From NCBI GenBank assembly GCA_043821645.1, contig JBDRCO010000113.1:96001-160000 (forward strand): a DNA stretch of 64,000 nucleotides, read 5' to 3'. The DNA comes from Pseudomonadota bacterium (GTDB lineage Bacteria; Myxococcota; JACRCW01; JAFGSX01). The notes under the pieces are model-generated. The model made no database searches, was not told where the DNA came from, and worked only from the letters and a program-made list of their open reading frames with translations. The position numbers were made by a program, and so were the translations under genes. This document shows, in pieces, positions 1 through 9,219 of this stretch (its first letter is position 1; every line of letters begins with the position of its first letter).

Positions 1-1
1 T

Positions 2-1282
2 GTCCGCGGCGCTCCCGTCGCCCGACCTGCGCATGCCGCGTCCCCGGCAGCACGTGCCCAGGCTGCGGTGTTCGAGGTCCTGGTCCAGAACCCGACCTGG
101 GAGGATGTCGCTGCCAGCCCTCAATCTGCTCAAGAAGCCGTGCGCAGGGCCATCTCCGAAGCCCAGGCCTCCTTCCCGGCAGGTGCGAGCCCCGATGCGG
201 TGAGCGCTGCGGTGCTGGCCGAGCTCACAGGTCTGGGTCCGCTTGACGATCTGCTGGCCGATGCCAGCGTGAGCCAGATCTTTGCCAATGCCCCGCACTG
301 CCTGTTCGTCGAACGCAACGGCGAGATCGAGGCCACGGACGCGGTGTTCTCCTCCGACGACTCCATGAGCTTCGTCATCCGCAAGCTTCTTGCGACGGCA
401 CGCAGCCAGGTCGGTGAGGGCCTGCTGCATGACGTCCGACTCACCGACGGCACCCATCTGTGCGCCATGCTGCCCCCGGTGGGGGCTGCGGGACCGGTGC
501 TCACCCTGCGCAAGGTGAGCCAGCACACCGTGACCCTGGACAAGCTGGTCGACAATTCGGTGCTCAGCGCGCGCATGGCGGAGTTCCTGCAAACCTGCGT
601 CGAGCAGCGCAAGAACATCCTCATCTCATCGAACAACAGCGCGGATGGGCTGGCCCTGCTCCGCGCCATCGCCAACATGCTGCCGCAGGATGAGCGACTG
701 ATCTGCATCGAGGAAGTGGCCCAGCTCAACCTGCCGCAACCCAACGTCGTCAGCCTCGAAGCCGCCCCCGCGGTGGGTATCGGCGGTGTGACACTTCGTG
801 ATCTGGCTCGCAGCGCCATCCGGCTGGCTCCGGACAGGCTGATCGTCGGCGACTGCCGCGGCGCCGAGGCCCTGGATTTGTTGCAGATCTTCGGGGGGGC
901 GGTCGACGGCAGCGTGCTGCTGGTGCACGGCCACGGTGTCCGCGATGCCATGACCCGCATCGAGGCCATGGCCTCGCTGGGCAGCAGCGATGTCTCGCCC
1001 CGTTCCTTGCGCGAGCTGATGGCGTCGGCAATCGAGGTGGTGGTGCAGATCACGCGCTACGCGTCGGGCGTGCCCCGGGTGTCGCAGATCAGCGTGATCA
1101 GCGGCATGGAGATCGACCTGGTGACGACGCAGGACATCTTCTCGTTCCGCAACGAGGGCTCGGACCGAGACGGCAACCAGAAGGGCCGATTCCAGGCCAG
1201 TGGCGTCGTCCCTCGCTTCTTCGAGGAGCTACAGCGTCAGGGCGAGCCGGTCAACATGGGCCTCTTCCGCGACGAGGGCTGA
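2..1282 (+). CDS. CpaF/TadA-family pilus assembly ATPase-like protein, 5'-truncated by the window, Walker A degenerate
   Basis: GLGPLDDLLAD, DVRLTDG, GPVLTLRK, PDRLIVGDCRGAEALD and FQASGVVPRF follow CpaF motifs. The frame is open back to base 2 (VRGAPVARPAHAASP...). The P-loop position reads ILISSNNSADGLA instead of GxxGxGKT. Confidence 0.85.
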   Translation, partial: VRGAPVARPAHAASPAARAQAAVFEVLVQNPTWEDVAASPQSAQEAVRRAISEAQASFPAGASPDAVSAAVLAELTGLGPLDDLLADASVSQIFANAPHCLFVERNGEIEATDAVFSSDDSMSFVIRKLLATARSQVGEGLLHDVRLTDGTHLCAMLPPVGAAGPVLTLRKVSQHTVTLDKLVDNSVLSARMAEFLQTCVEQRKNILISSNNSADGLALLRAIANMLPQDERLICIEEVAQLNLPQPNVVSLEAAPAVGIGGVTLRDLARSAIRLAPDRLIVGDCRGAEALDLLQIFGGAVDGSVLLVHGHGVRDAMTRIEAMASLGSSDVSPRSLRELMASAIEVVVQITRYASGVPRVSQISVISGMEIDLVTTQDIFSFRNEGSDRDGNQKGRFQASGVVPRFFEELQRQGEPVNMGLFRDEG

Positions 1283-1283
1283 G

Positions 1284-1429
1284 AGCCCTTCCCTCTCCAT
1301 CCCGCACCTTTGAGGACCGCACGTCTGTCCTGGGCAGTTCCCCGGCCACGGGCCCAAAGCTGTCCCTGAACCTGGCCCGAGGGCCAGGCGTGGGATCACG
1401 CACAGGGAAAGTGGTGAAGAGGGGGGGCT
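1284..1429 (+). other. Highly self-complementary intergenic element between convergent genes (candidate structured RNA or terminator-like element)
   Basis: Nested stems: 1284-1298 with 1416-1429; AGGAC/GTCCT 1313-1331; GGGC/GCCC 1332-1355; TCCCTG/CAGGGA 1363-1408; CCTGGCCC/GGGCCAGG 1371-1388; CGTG/CACG 1389-1400. Confidence 0.35.
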
Positions 1430-1446
1430 GCGGGCGACCGCCAGGC

Positions 1447-4400
1447 TCAGGGACCGGTGGTGTCGAGCACCAGCGAATACGGACAGCGGTGGGTGCTGAA
1501 CACGCTGTAGACCTTGAAGTAGTAGGTGTACTGCGTCGACAGGGTGGGCGCGACCACCTGCACCTCCTCGCGGTCCGTGGTCCCCGTGCTGCTATCCACC
1601 GTCGTTGTGTCGCTTTCGAGCACGAGGTCCAGGTCGCAGCTGCTGCTGTGGGCGAACATCAGGACGCCGGTGAGAGTCTGGCCCGCCCCGACGGTGACCT
1701 TGTAGTAGTCCGTGTCCGAGGCGCAGCGCTGACCGCCGGCACTCGACACCGGCGCCAGTCCGCGTGCCTGGGCCTTGGTGTTGTTGGGCTCGGTGGTCTC
1801 GTTGACGCAGGTGCTGCCGCCACCGCTGATGCCAACGCGTAGGTTGTACCAGTTCTCGTCGGCCGCGGTGGCACCGAAGGCGACCAGGAAGTAGGTCCCG
1901 GGCGCGTTCTGCGGCACCGTGTAGCTCAGGGTCTCGTTGTCGCCGGTGCCCTCGCTGCTGGCGACGGTGGTCTCACCCGGCGCGAGCAGTACCAGGTCCA
2001 GGTTGTCCACCACCTGGGCAAAGCCAAGCACCACGTCGAGCCGCTGACCGGCCTCGAGGGACACCGCGTAGTAGTCAAAGCCGTCATTGCAGATGACACC
2101 ATCCACGTCCTCCCCGGTGCGCAGCTGGGTGGCCGCCAGCAGGTTGCTGTTGGCGAGTCCATCGTCCCCGGGGCAGCCCTTGGGGGACCCCGCGGCGTAG
2201 AACGGGGACTGCTCGAGGCCGAGGGCCAGAGCGTAGCTGCCGGCATTGACGCCATTGTAGCCACGCACGCGCAGGTAGAAGGTGGTGGCCGTGTCGCTGT
2301 ATCCCCGGACCAGCTCCTGGCTGGCGACCGAGTTGCTGACCGCGATCTGGGTCCGGTTCGCGTTGTACAGGTACAGGTCCAGGTCACCGACGGAGCCATC
2401 GAAGGTCAGCTCTGCACTGAGCAAGCCCCCCTCGGGCAGGTCGATCTTGAAGTAGTCGTCGTCGCCGGTGCAGATGATGCCGACCAGGCTCCCCACGGCG
2501 GCCACGCGCGCCTGGTCGAAGGTGTCGTTCTGCTCGAGGTTGTCGTCGGCCGGACAGGCCAGCTCGGCGCTCACGGTGGTGCGAAGGGTGTAGGCGTTCT
2601 CGGCACCGCCGTATCCATAGATGCGGATCGCGTACATGCCACTGAGGCGGACCGGGAAGGAGATGCGCTCGTTGTCGGTCCCCGTGGTCGACGAGACCAT
2701 GATGGCACCCGCGGGGTCGAGCAGGCGCATGTCGAGGTCGCCCTGGCTGTGGGTGAAGATCAGGTCCACCACCAGGGTCTCGCCGGCACTCAGGTCGACC
2801 TTGTAGTAGTCATCGTCGCCGGCGCAGATCTGGCCGTTGAAGTTGTTCGAGGGCAGCGACCGGGCCGTGGCCTGGGTGTCGTTGTTCTCGTTGGCATCGT
2901 CGACACAGGTCGGCGTGGCCGGCACCACCGTCAGGGTCAGGGTGTAGCTGTTCTCTGCGCCGCTGTAGCCGTAGGCCTGGACGGCGTAGGTGCCGGCGGC
3001 GGTCGTGGTGTAGTCGATGCGCTCGGTGTTGCTCGCACCACCCGAGGTTCGCAGCAGTGCCGCACCCGGACTGTACAGGCGCAGGTCCAAATCGCCGTTG
3101 CTGTGGGTGAACTGCAGCTCGGCCTGCAGGGTGTCACCCGCGTTGAGCACCACGCTGTACCAGTCTGCGTCGCCGGAGCAGATCTGGCCCAGCACCGCGG
3201 TGCCGGGATAGGCCCGGGCCGTGGCCTGGGTATCATTCTCCTCGTAGCTGTCCTCGGTGCAGACCGGGATGGCCGGTGTGACGGTGACCGTCAGGGTGTA
3301 GGCGTTGGACACGCCAGTCATCCCGTACACGCGCAGCGCGTAGACCCCCGCGGCCGGCGCGACGTAAGCCGCGATGGTCTCGTCGTCGGTGACAGAGGTC
3401 GAGCTGGCCACCAGTGAACCGGCCGGGTTGCGCAGGGCCAGGTCCAGGTCCCCGCTGGCGTGGGAGAAGTCCAGCAGCGCGCTCAGGGTATCGCCCGCAT
3501 TGAGCGAGACCTTGAACCAGTCGGCGTCGCCGGCGCAGATCTGCGCGGTGACCGGCTGGTTGCCATAGGCGGTCGCGGTGGCCTGGGTGTCGTTGTCCTC
3601 GAGGTTGTCCTCGGGGCAGGGCGGAACGTAGGGCACCACATTGAGCACCAGGCGATAGCTGTTCTCGGCTCCGCCAAAGCCGCGCACGCGGATGGTGTAG
3701 CGACCCGCGGCCGGCACGGTGTAGTTGCTGATCTGCTCGTTGTCCGTCGTCGAGCCCGAGCTGCGGGCCAGGGTTCCGGCGGGGTTGTACAGGGCGAGGT
3801 CGAGGTCGCCGCTGGCATGGGTGAACAGCAGGTCGATGCTCAGCACATCATTGGTGTTGAGATTGAGGCCGAACCAGTCGTCGTCTCCGGTACAGATCTG
3901 GCCTGTCACCGTGCCCGCCACCACCGTGGCGGCACTGTCCCGGGCATCGTTTTCCTCGTAGCCGTCCTCGCGGCACACCGGGACCACGGGGGTGAGGGTC
4001 AGGGTCAGACGGTAGCTGTTGGCCGCGCCGCGGTAGCCAAACACGCGGATGGCGTAGCGCCCCGCGCTGGTCGCGGTGAGCTGTACGGTCTCGGTATTGC
4101 CACTGGCGGTGGTGGACGAGTCCAGCACCTGGCCGGTGGGGCTGAGCAGGTGCAGGTCGAGGTCCCCGGCGCTCGAGGTGAACTCGATTCGCGCCTCGAC
4201 GATATCACCGACGTTGAGGTTGACCGCGAAGAAGTCATCGTCGGCAGGGCAGATCTGTCCGTCGTAGGTCCCATTGCCCAGGGCCGCGGCCGCCGCCTGG
4301 TTGTCGTTCTCCTCGAAGGCGTCGTCGCGGCAGGTGCTCGATGGCGTCACGGCCACGGTGAGTCCATAGCCGTTGTTGACCGTGGCGGCACCGGTCACGG

Positions 4401-6384
4401 CGAGGAAGTAGCTGCCCGCGGTGGTCGCCGTGGCTTCGACGTGCTCGTTGTCCGTCGTCGTGGTACCAGCCGACAGGACCAGGCCTGCGCTGTCCAGGAT
4501 GCGGGCATCGATGTTGCCGCTGGCATGGGAAAAGGTGAGGTCCACCACCATGCGGTCGCCGGTGTTGAGCGAGAAGCGGTACCAGTCGTCATCTCCCGGA
4601 CACAGGTGCGCGGTGTAGGTGCCGGGCTGCAGGTCGACGGCGGCACTGCGGGAGTCGTTGTCTTCCAGTCCGTCGTCGGTACAGGTGGCCGTGCCAGGAG
4701 TCACCGTGACGGTGATGCCATAGCTGTTGACCGCGCCCGTGGCGCCGAGGACTTGCACCAGTAAGTCGCCCGAACTCTGCGCCACCACGCTGGCTTGCTC
4801 ATTGTCGGTGGTGCTCAGGGATGAGGCCAGCAGGGTGGTGGCCGTGGCGTCGAAGATCTTGAGATCGATGTTGCCGGCGGCGTGGGTGAAGGTCAGGTCG
4901 ACGCGCAGGGTGCTGTTGGCGTTGACGGAAACCCGGTACCAGTCCTGGTCTCCAGCGCAGATCTTGGCGGTGTGGCTGCCCGCGGTAAGGGCCGCAGCCT
5001 GGGCCGAGGTGTCGTTCAGCTCAAAGGCGTCATTGGCGCAGGTGCTGCCCGGCGTGACCGCGACCACGAGCTGGTAGGCGTTCTCGGCGTTGTCCATACC
5101 AAGGACCCGCAGCATGTAGGTACCGCCGGTGGCGACCGTACCGGTCAGCAGCTCGTTGTCGGTGGTGGAGGACCCTGCCGACAGGACCGAGAGGTCGGGG
5201 CGCAGCAGCTCGATGTTGAGGTCGCCCGCCGCGTGGACAAAGGTCAGGTTGGCCTGGATCTGATCCCCTGCAGCCAGGGTGAGCGCGAACCAGTCCTCGT
5301 CACCGGCGCAGATCTTGCCGCTCAGGGTGCCCGCCGCGATCGAGGTGGCCTGGGTGCTGTCGTCGTTGTCCTCGAAGCTGTCGTCCTGGCAGGTCGTGGT
5401 CGCGGGGGTGACGGCCAGGGTCAGGTCGTAGGCGCTGGCATCGCTGGCGGCGGCGCCGAAGATGCGCACGCCGTGGCGGCCGGCGAGGGTTGCCGTGACC
5501 TCGACGTGCTCGCTGGCGCTGGTGCCGGTGGAAGCTCCAAGCTCGACCCCGGCCGGGCTCAGCACCTGGACGTCCAGGTTCTGTCCCGGGGAGGTGATCG
5601 CGAGGTCCGCCACCAGGCGGTCACCCGCGTTGAGCTGCACGCCGAAGAAATCCGGGTCACCGGCGCAAAGTTGTGCCTGGTAGGTGCCAGCTCCCACCAC
5701 GGCGGACGAGGCCAGGGTGTCGTTCTCCTCGAAGCTGTCGTCCTGGCAGGTCGGGGTGCCGCCGTCGGTCTGGGCCACGTCCTCGACGGTGACGGTCAAG
5801 GTATAGGCTCCCACGGCGCCGGAGTACCCGGTGACCACCACGTAGTACGCGCCCGCGGTATCCACCGTCGCCTCGACCTGCTCGGTGTCGTCGGTGGTCT
5901 CGCTGGAATCGAGCTGGCTGCCATCACCGGCAAAGAGATAGAGGTCCAGGTCGCCGGCGCTGTGCTGGAAGTCGATGCGCGCCGTGATCTTCTGGCTCAC
6001 GTTGAGGGCGACCGCGAACATGTCGTCGTCGCCAGAACAGATCTGGGCATTGAGGGTCCCGGGTGCCAGCTGCGTGGCCTGGGTGGGATCGTCGTTATCC
6101 TCGAGGGCGTCGTCGGTGCAGGGAGGAAGCGCCGCATCCTGCCCAGCGCCGGTGTCGCCCTGGGTGGCATCCTGGGTGGCGGTATCGGTCCCCGCGCTGT
6201 CTGTCGCGCTGCCGCGGTCCACCACGCTGGCGTCGCGTCCGGCGTCATAGGGCACGACCCCGCCGTCACGGCGCGGATTGCTCGCGTCGATGCCGGTGGG
6301 TGGTTCACCCCCGCAGTCGCACGCCGTGATACCCATGGCCAGGATTAGGGCCAGTCCCATCGACACCTTGACAAGTGCGCGCAT
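1447..6384 (-). CDS. Large lipoprotein with 13 tandem PPC (pre-peptidase C-terminal)-like domains
   Basis: GGAGG lies upstream of the ATG at 6384. Signal peptide ends GITA-C. Thirteen ~118-aa units of C-x-DD-x2-E-x-ND...IC-x-GD-x-D-(W/Y)(F/Y)...F-x-H-x2-GDLDL-x-L. No catalytic domain seen. Confidence 0.85.
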   Translation of the reverse strand: MRALVKVSMGLALILAMGITACDCGGEPPTGIDASNPRRDGGVVPYDAGRDASVVDRGSATDSAGTDTATQDATQGDTGAGQDAALPPCTDDALEDNDDPTQATQLAPGTLNAQICSGDDDMFAVALNVSQKITARIDFQHSAGDLDLYLFAGDGSQLDSSETTDDTEQVEATVDTAGAYYVVVTGYSGAVGAYTLTVTVEDVAQTDGGTPTCQDDSFEENDTLASSAVVGAGTYQAQLCAGDPDFFGVQLNAGDRLVADLAITSPGQNLDVQVLSPAGVELGASTGTSASEHVEVTATLAGRHGVRIFGAAASDASAYDLTLAVTPATTTCQDDSFEDNDDSTQATSIAAGTLSGKICAGDEDWFALTLAAGDQIQANLTFVHAAGDLNIELLRPDLSVLSAGSSTTDNELLTGTVATGGTYMLRVLGMDNAENAYQLVVAVTPGSTCANDAFELNDTSAQAAALTAGSHTAKICAGDQDWYRVSVNANSTLRVDLTFTHAAGNIDLKIFDATATTLLASSLSTTDNEQASVVAQSSGDLLVQVLGATGAVNSYGITVTVTPGTATCTDDGLEDNDSRSAAVDLQPGTYTAHLCPGDDDWYRFSLNTGDRMVVDLTFSHASGNIDARILDSAGLVLSAGTTTTDNEHVEATATTAGSYFLAVTGAATVNNGYGLTVAVTPSSTCRDDAFEENDNQAAAAALGNGTYDGQICPADDDFFAVNLNVGDIVEARIEFTSSAGDLDLHLLSPTGQVLDSSTTASGNTETVQLTATSAGRYAIRVFGYRGAANSYRLTLTLTPVVPVCREDGYEENDARDSAATVVAGTVTGQICTGDDDWFGLNLNTNDVLSIDLLFTHASGDLDLALYNPAGTLARSSGSTTDNEQISNYTVPAAGRYTIRVRGFGGAENSYRLVLNVVPYVPPCPEDNLEDNDTQATATAYGNQPVTAQICAGDADWFKVSLNAGDTLSALLDFSHASGDLDLALRNPAGSLVASSTSVTDDETIAAYVAPAAGVYALRVYGMTGVSNAYTLTVTVTPAIPVCTEDSYEENDTQATARAYPGTAVLGQICSGDADWYSVVLNAGDTLQAELQFTHSNGDLDLRLYSPGAALLRTSGGASNTERIDYTTTAAGTYAVQAYGYSGAENSYTLTLTVVPATPTCVDDANENNDTQATARSLPSNNFNGQICAGDDDYYKVDLSAGETLVVDLIFTHSQGDLDMRLLDPAGAIMVSSTTGTDNERISFPVRLSGMYAIRIYGYGGAENAYTLRTTVSAELACPADDNLEQNDTFDQARVAAVGSLVGIICTGDDDYFKIDLPEGGLLSAELTFDGSVGDLDLYLYNANRTQIAVSNSVASQELVRGYSDTATTFYLRVRGYNGVNAGSYALALGLEQSPFYAAGSPKGCPGDDGLANSNLLAATQLRTGEDVDGVICNDGFDYYAVSLEAGQRLDVVLGFAQVVDNLDLVLLAPGETTVASSEGTGDNETLSYTVPQNAPGTYFLVAFGATAADENWYNLRVGISGGGSTCVNETTEPNNTKAQARGLAPVSSAGGQRCASDTDYYKVTVGAGQTLTGVLMFAHSSSCDLDLVLESDTTTVDSSTGTTDREEVQVVAPTLSTQYTYYFKVYSVFSTHRCPYSLVLDTTGP

Positions 6385-6446
6385 CGGTAGCCTCCACATG
6401 CTGCGTTCCCCAGGACCTGTGGCATGCATAAAGGAATGACGGGGCG

Positions 6447-6475
6447 AGGCTAGAGAGCGTGACGGGCTGCGTCAA
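6447..6475 (-). promoter_or_regulatory. Putative sigma70-type promoter of the PPC-repeat gene
   Basis: Minus strand reads TTGACG-N17-TAGCCT about 60 bp upstream of the start codon. Confidence 0.4.
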
Positions 6476-6533
6476 CCCTTGTTCCGGGCCCCGTGCCTCC
6501 ACACTCATGTTCCCTGGAGACCCGGGTGAGAAC

Positions 6534-7028
6534 TCAGCCGCGCTCGTTCTCCAGCTCGCGCAGCCGCCGCAGGATGGCGAGGGGGGACTGGTCGGTGACC
6601 ATGCGCAGGATCTCGGAGATGCGCTTCTCGTCCATCTGAAGCCGCCGCTGCACCCGCTTCTGGTAGGCCTCCTGCAGCACCAGCAGCAGCTCCTCGGTGT
6701 CGCAGGGCTTCTGCAGGTAGCTGTGCGAGCCCAGACGTGTGCAGGTCACGGCCGAGTCGATGGATCCATGGCCGGTCAGGATCACGACCTCGATGAAGGG
6801 GTGTTTCTCCTTGAGCTTGGCGAGCAGTTCCTCGCCGTCCATGCCCGGCATCTTGAGGTCGACCAGCGCCAGGTCAAAGCTTTGGCGTGTGGCCATGTCC
6901 AGGGCATCCTGGCCGTTGCTCACCGGCGTGACGTCGAAGTCGCGCATGCTCAGGCGCTGGGTTAGCGTCTGCAGGAAGCGGATCTCGTCGTCGACGAGTA
7001 AAAGCTTGATTCGCTGCAAGGTCTCCAT
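6534..7028 (-). CDS. Response regulator (receiver plus short helical C-terminal tail, no recognisable DNA-binding domain)
   Basis: LLLVDDE, LVDLKMPGMDG, ILTGHGS and YLQKP motifs. AGGAG precedes the ATG at 7028. Confidence 0.9.
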   Translation of the reverse strand: METLQRIKLLLVDDEIRFLQTLTQRLSMRDFDVTPVSNGQDALDMATRQSFDLALVDLKMPGMDGEELLAKLKEKHPFIEVVILTGHGSIDSAVTCTRLGSHSYLQKPCDTEELLLVLQEAYQKRVQRRLQMDEKRISEILRMVTDQSPLAILRRLRELENERG

Positions 7029-7130
7029 GATCGCTCCTTGGGTCCCCAGTGTCCGGGTCCTCACAGGCGTGGTGCAGGTCGAGACCCCTGTCCTGCGCCA
7101 GCACCTCCGCTCGACGCGCCCTTAAAAACG

Positions 7131-9212
7131 TCAGAATCCGATCCATTGCCAGTATCCGAGAATGGTCCAGAACCACAGCACAGCGAAGGCGATGCAGGTG
7201 ATCACCGCGCCATGCTTCGCGAAGTCGCCCAGAGTCAGCAGCTGCTCTCCCGTGTTGAGGTCGCGGGCCAGGGAGTACGCGATGGCGTTGTTGGGTGTGC
7301 CGATGATCAGGCAGTTGGCGAAGGACGAGGCAAAGGCCGTGGCCAGCCCCACCATCCACGGATGCGTGCCGGAGAGCGCGGCCATGGGTACGGTGATGGG
7401 GCCCACCGCGGAGACCGTGGCGCCATCGCTCATGAAGTTGGTGAGCACGCCGGTGATGAAGCTGGATGCGATGGCCAGGCCGGCCCCGCTCGACAGGGCC
7501 TCGGGCAGCGCGTTGACGAAGGCGGACGCCATCCACAGCGCCGCTCCCGTCGCGGCCAGGCCCGCACCGATGGCCGTGGCGCTGCCGTACAGGGCCACCA
7601 CATCCCAGGAGATCTTGCTGATGTCGCGCCAGGTGACGATGCGGAACACCGACATCAGCACCAGCCCCAGGGCCACCGGACCGCCCATGCCCAGCCTGTC
7701 GCTGGCCGTGATCCACAGCGTGACGACCAGAAGCAGGATGGCCAGGCTGATCTTCTCGTCGCGGTTCATCACGCCGAGCTTCTTGGCCTCGCGCCTCACC
7801 ACCGCCGCCACGTCGAGGTTCTTCACCTGGGCCCGACGGCCGATGGCGAAGTACAGGTAGGCGCCAATGAGCACGGTGCACACCGGCACGAAGGGCATGC
7901 CGTACATCACCCACTGGCCGAAGGTGGGCGCGATGCCGTAGTCCGACAGGATGCCTATCATCACGGCGTTGCGGCCGCCGGCTGCCGGAGACCCTGGCCC
8001 ACCGTGATTGGCGGCGAGGGACAGACCCAGCATGAAGAACACCGCGAGATTGCGATCTCGCGAGATGCCGGCGCCGCGGATGGCGCTCATGTACACGACC
8101 ATGAGCAGGGGGGCGAGAAAGGCCACCAGCGCGTGCTCCGACAGGAAGCCCGCGACGATCGCGAGGCTGGGCAAGAACACGAAGGCGAAGAGCTTGAGCG
8201 AGTGGCTGGTGCCGAGCAGGATCAGGCCGATGCGCTTGTCGAGGCCGGTCTTGCTCAGGCCTATGGCAAAGGCCAGGACTCCGAGGATGAACAGCACCGA
8301 GTCCTTGGCAAAGGCCTGGGCCACACCGTCCGGTGGGAACACGTTGAACAGGTACATGAGCACCGCGACCGTGAGCGAGGTGAAGCCCAGGGGCATGGCG
8401 CCGAAGGCCCAGAACAGGGCGGCCACGACGAGGATGCCGATCATGACCTTGGCCGAGCGGGCCACCTGCTCGGGCGGCAAGGGCTTCTTGAGCTCCTTGC
8501 CATCGGGTCCTTGCTCCTTGACGTAGCGCTTGGACTTCTCGCTGTATTGCGAGGCGATGGTGTCGCCCGGCTTCATCTTGCGGTAGTCGGCATAGCCGGC
8601 GATGACGTCGCTGCGGTCCCCCGTCTTGGACGCTCGCAGCAGCGCCAGCAGGTTGTCGCTCGCCGGCGTGAAGGCGATGAGCGAGAACACGGCTGCGCCC
8701 AGGATCAGGATGCCCGGACGCGAGTTGTTGGTGCCCTTGAGCCAGGTCCACGCCGAGGTCCCCTGCACCGTCGGGATCTCGTTACGCGCCATGGCATAGA
8801 CTCTCTCCTGCCGTGCGCGCCGTATGGTCGCGATCAGTTCCTCGGTCTCGCAGGGCTTCTCGAGGTAGGCAAAGGCGTCCAGGCGGCCGATCGAGGTGGC
8901 CGACTCGATGCTGGCGTGTCCGGTCAGCATGATGACCTGGACCTCGGGGGCCATCTTCTTGACCTCCTTGAGCACCTCCTCGCCCTGCATCTTGGGCATC
9001 TTGCGATCGAGCACGATGACGTCGGGGCGATCGCTGCGGACCAGGCGGATAGCCTCCTCGCCGTCGCCCACGTCGCGCACCGAGAAACCCCGCAAGGTCA
9101 GGCGCTGGGCCAGGTTCTGACGGAAGCGGTCCTCGTCGTCGACCAGCAGCACCTTGATCGGACCGGTCTCGACCTGCGCGGGTTCGGCTCCCTCGACATG
9201 TGCCTCGGTCAT
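7131..9212 (-). CDS. Receiver domain fused to an SLC13/DASS-family (IT superfamily) transporter
   Basis: N-terminal VLLVDDE...VLDRKMP...MLTGH...YLEKP. Then more than 10 hydrophobic segments with KTGLDKRIG, ISWDVVALYGS and IIGTPNNAIAY. GAGGA precedes the ATG at 9212. Confidence 0.85.
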   Translation of the reverse strand: MTEAHVEGAEPAQVETGPIKVLLVDDEDRFRQNLAQRLTLRGFSVRDVGDGEEAIRLVRSDRPDVIVLDRKMPKMQGEEVLKEVKKMAPEVQVIMLTGHASIESATSIGRLDAFAYLEKPCETEELIATIRRARQERVYAMARNEIPTVQGTSAWTWLKGTNNSRPGILILGAAVFSLIAFTPASDNLLALLRASKTGDRSDVIAGYADYRKMKPGDTIASQYSEKSKRYVKEQGPDGKELKKPLPPEQVARSAKVMIGILVVAALFWAFGAMPLGFTSLTVAVLMYLFNVFPPDGVAQAFAKDSVLFILGVLAFAIGLSKTGLDKRIGLILLGTSHSLKLFAFVFLPSLAIVAGFLSEHALVAFLAPLLMVVYMSAIRGAGISRDRNLAVFFMLGLSLAANHGGPGSPAAGGRNAVMIGILSDYGIAPTFGQWVMYGMPFVPVCTVLIGAYLYFAIGRRAQVKNLDVAAVVRREAKKLGVMNRDEKISLAILLLVVTLWITASDRLGMGGPVALGLVLMSVFRIVTWRDISKISWDVVALYGSATAIGAGLAATGAALWMASAFVNALPEALSSGAGLAIASSFITGVLTNFMSDGATVSAVGPITVPMAALSGTHPWMVGLATAFASSFANCLIIGTPNNAIAYSLARDLNTGEQLLTLGDFAKHGAVITCIAFAVLWFWTILGYWQWIGF

Positions 9213-9219
9213 CGCATCC

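Noticed and set aside
1403-1420. AGGGAAAGTGGTGAAGA resembling the start of a cobalamin riboswitch
   Set aside because: The other B12-box elements are missing, and the site lies between convergent 3' ends.
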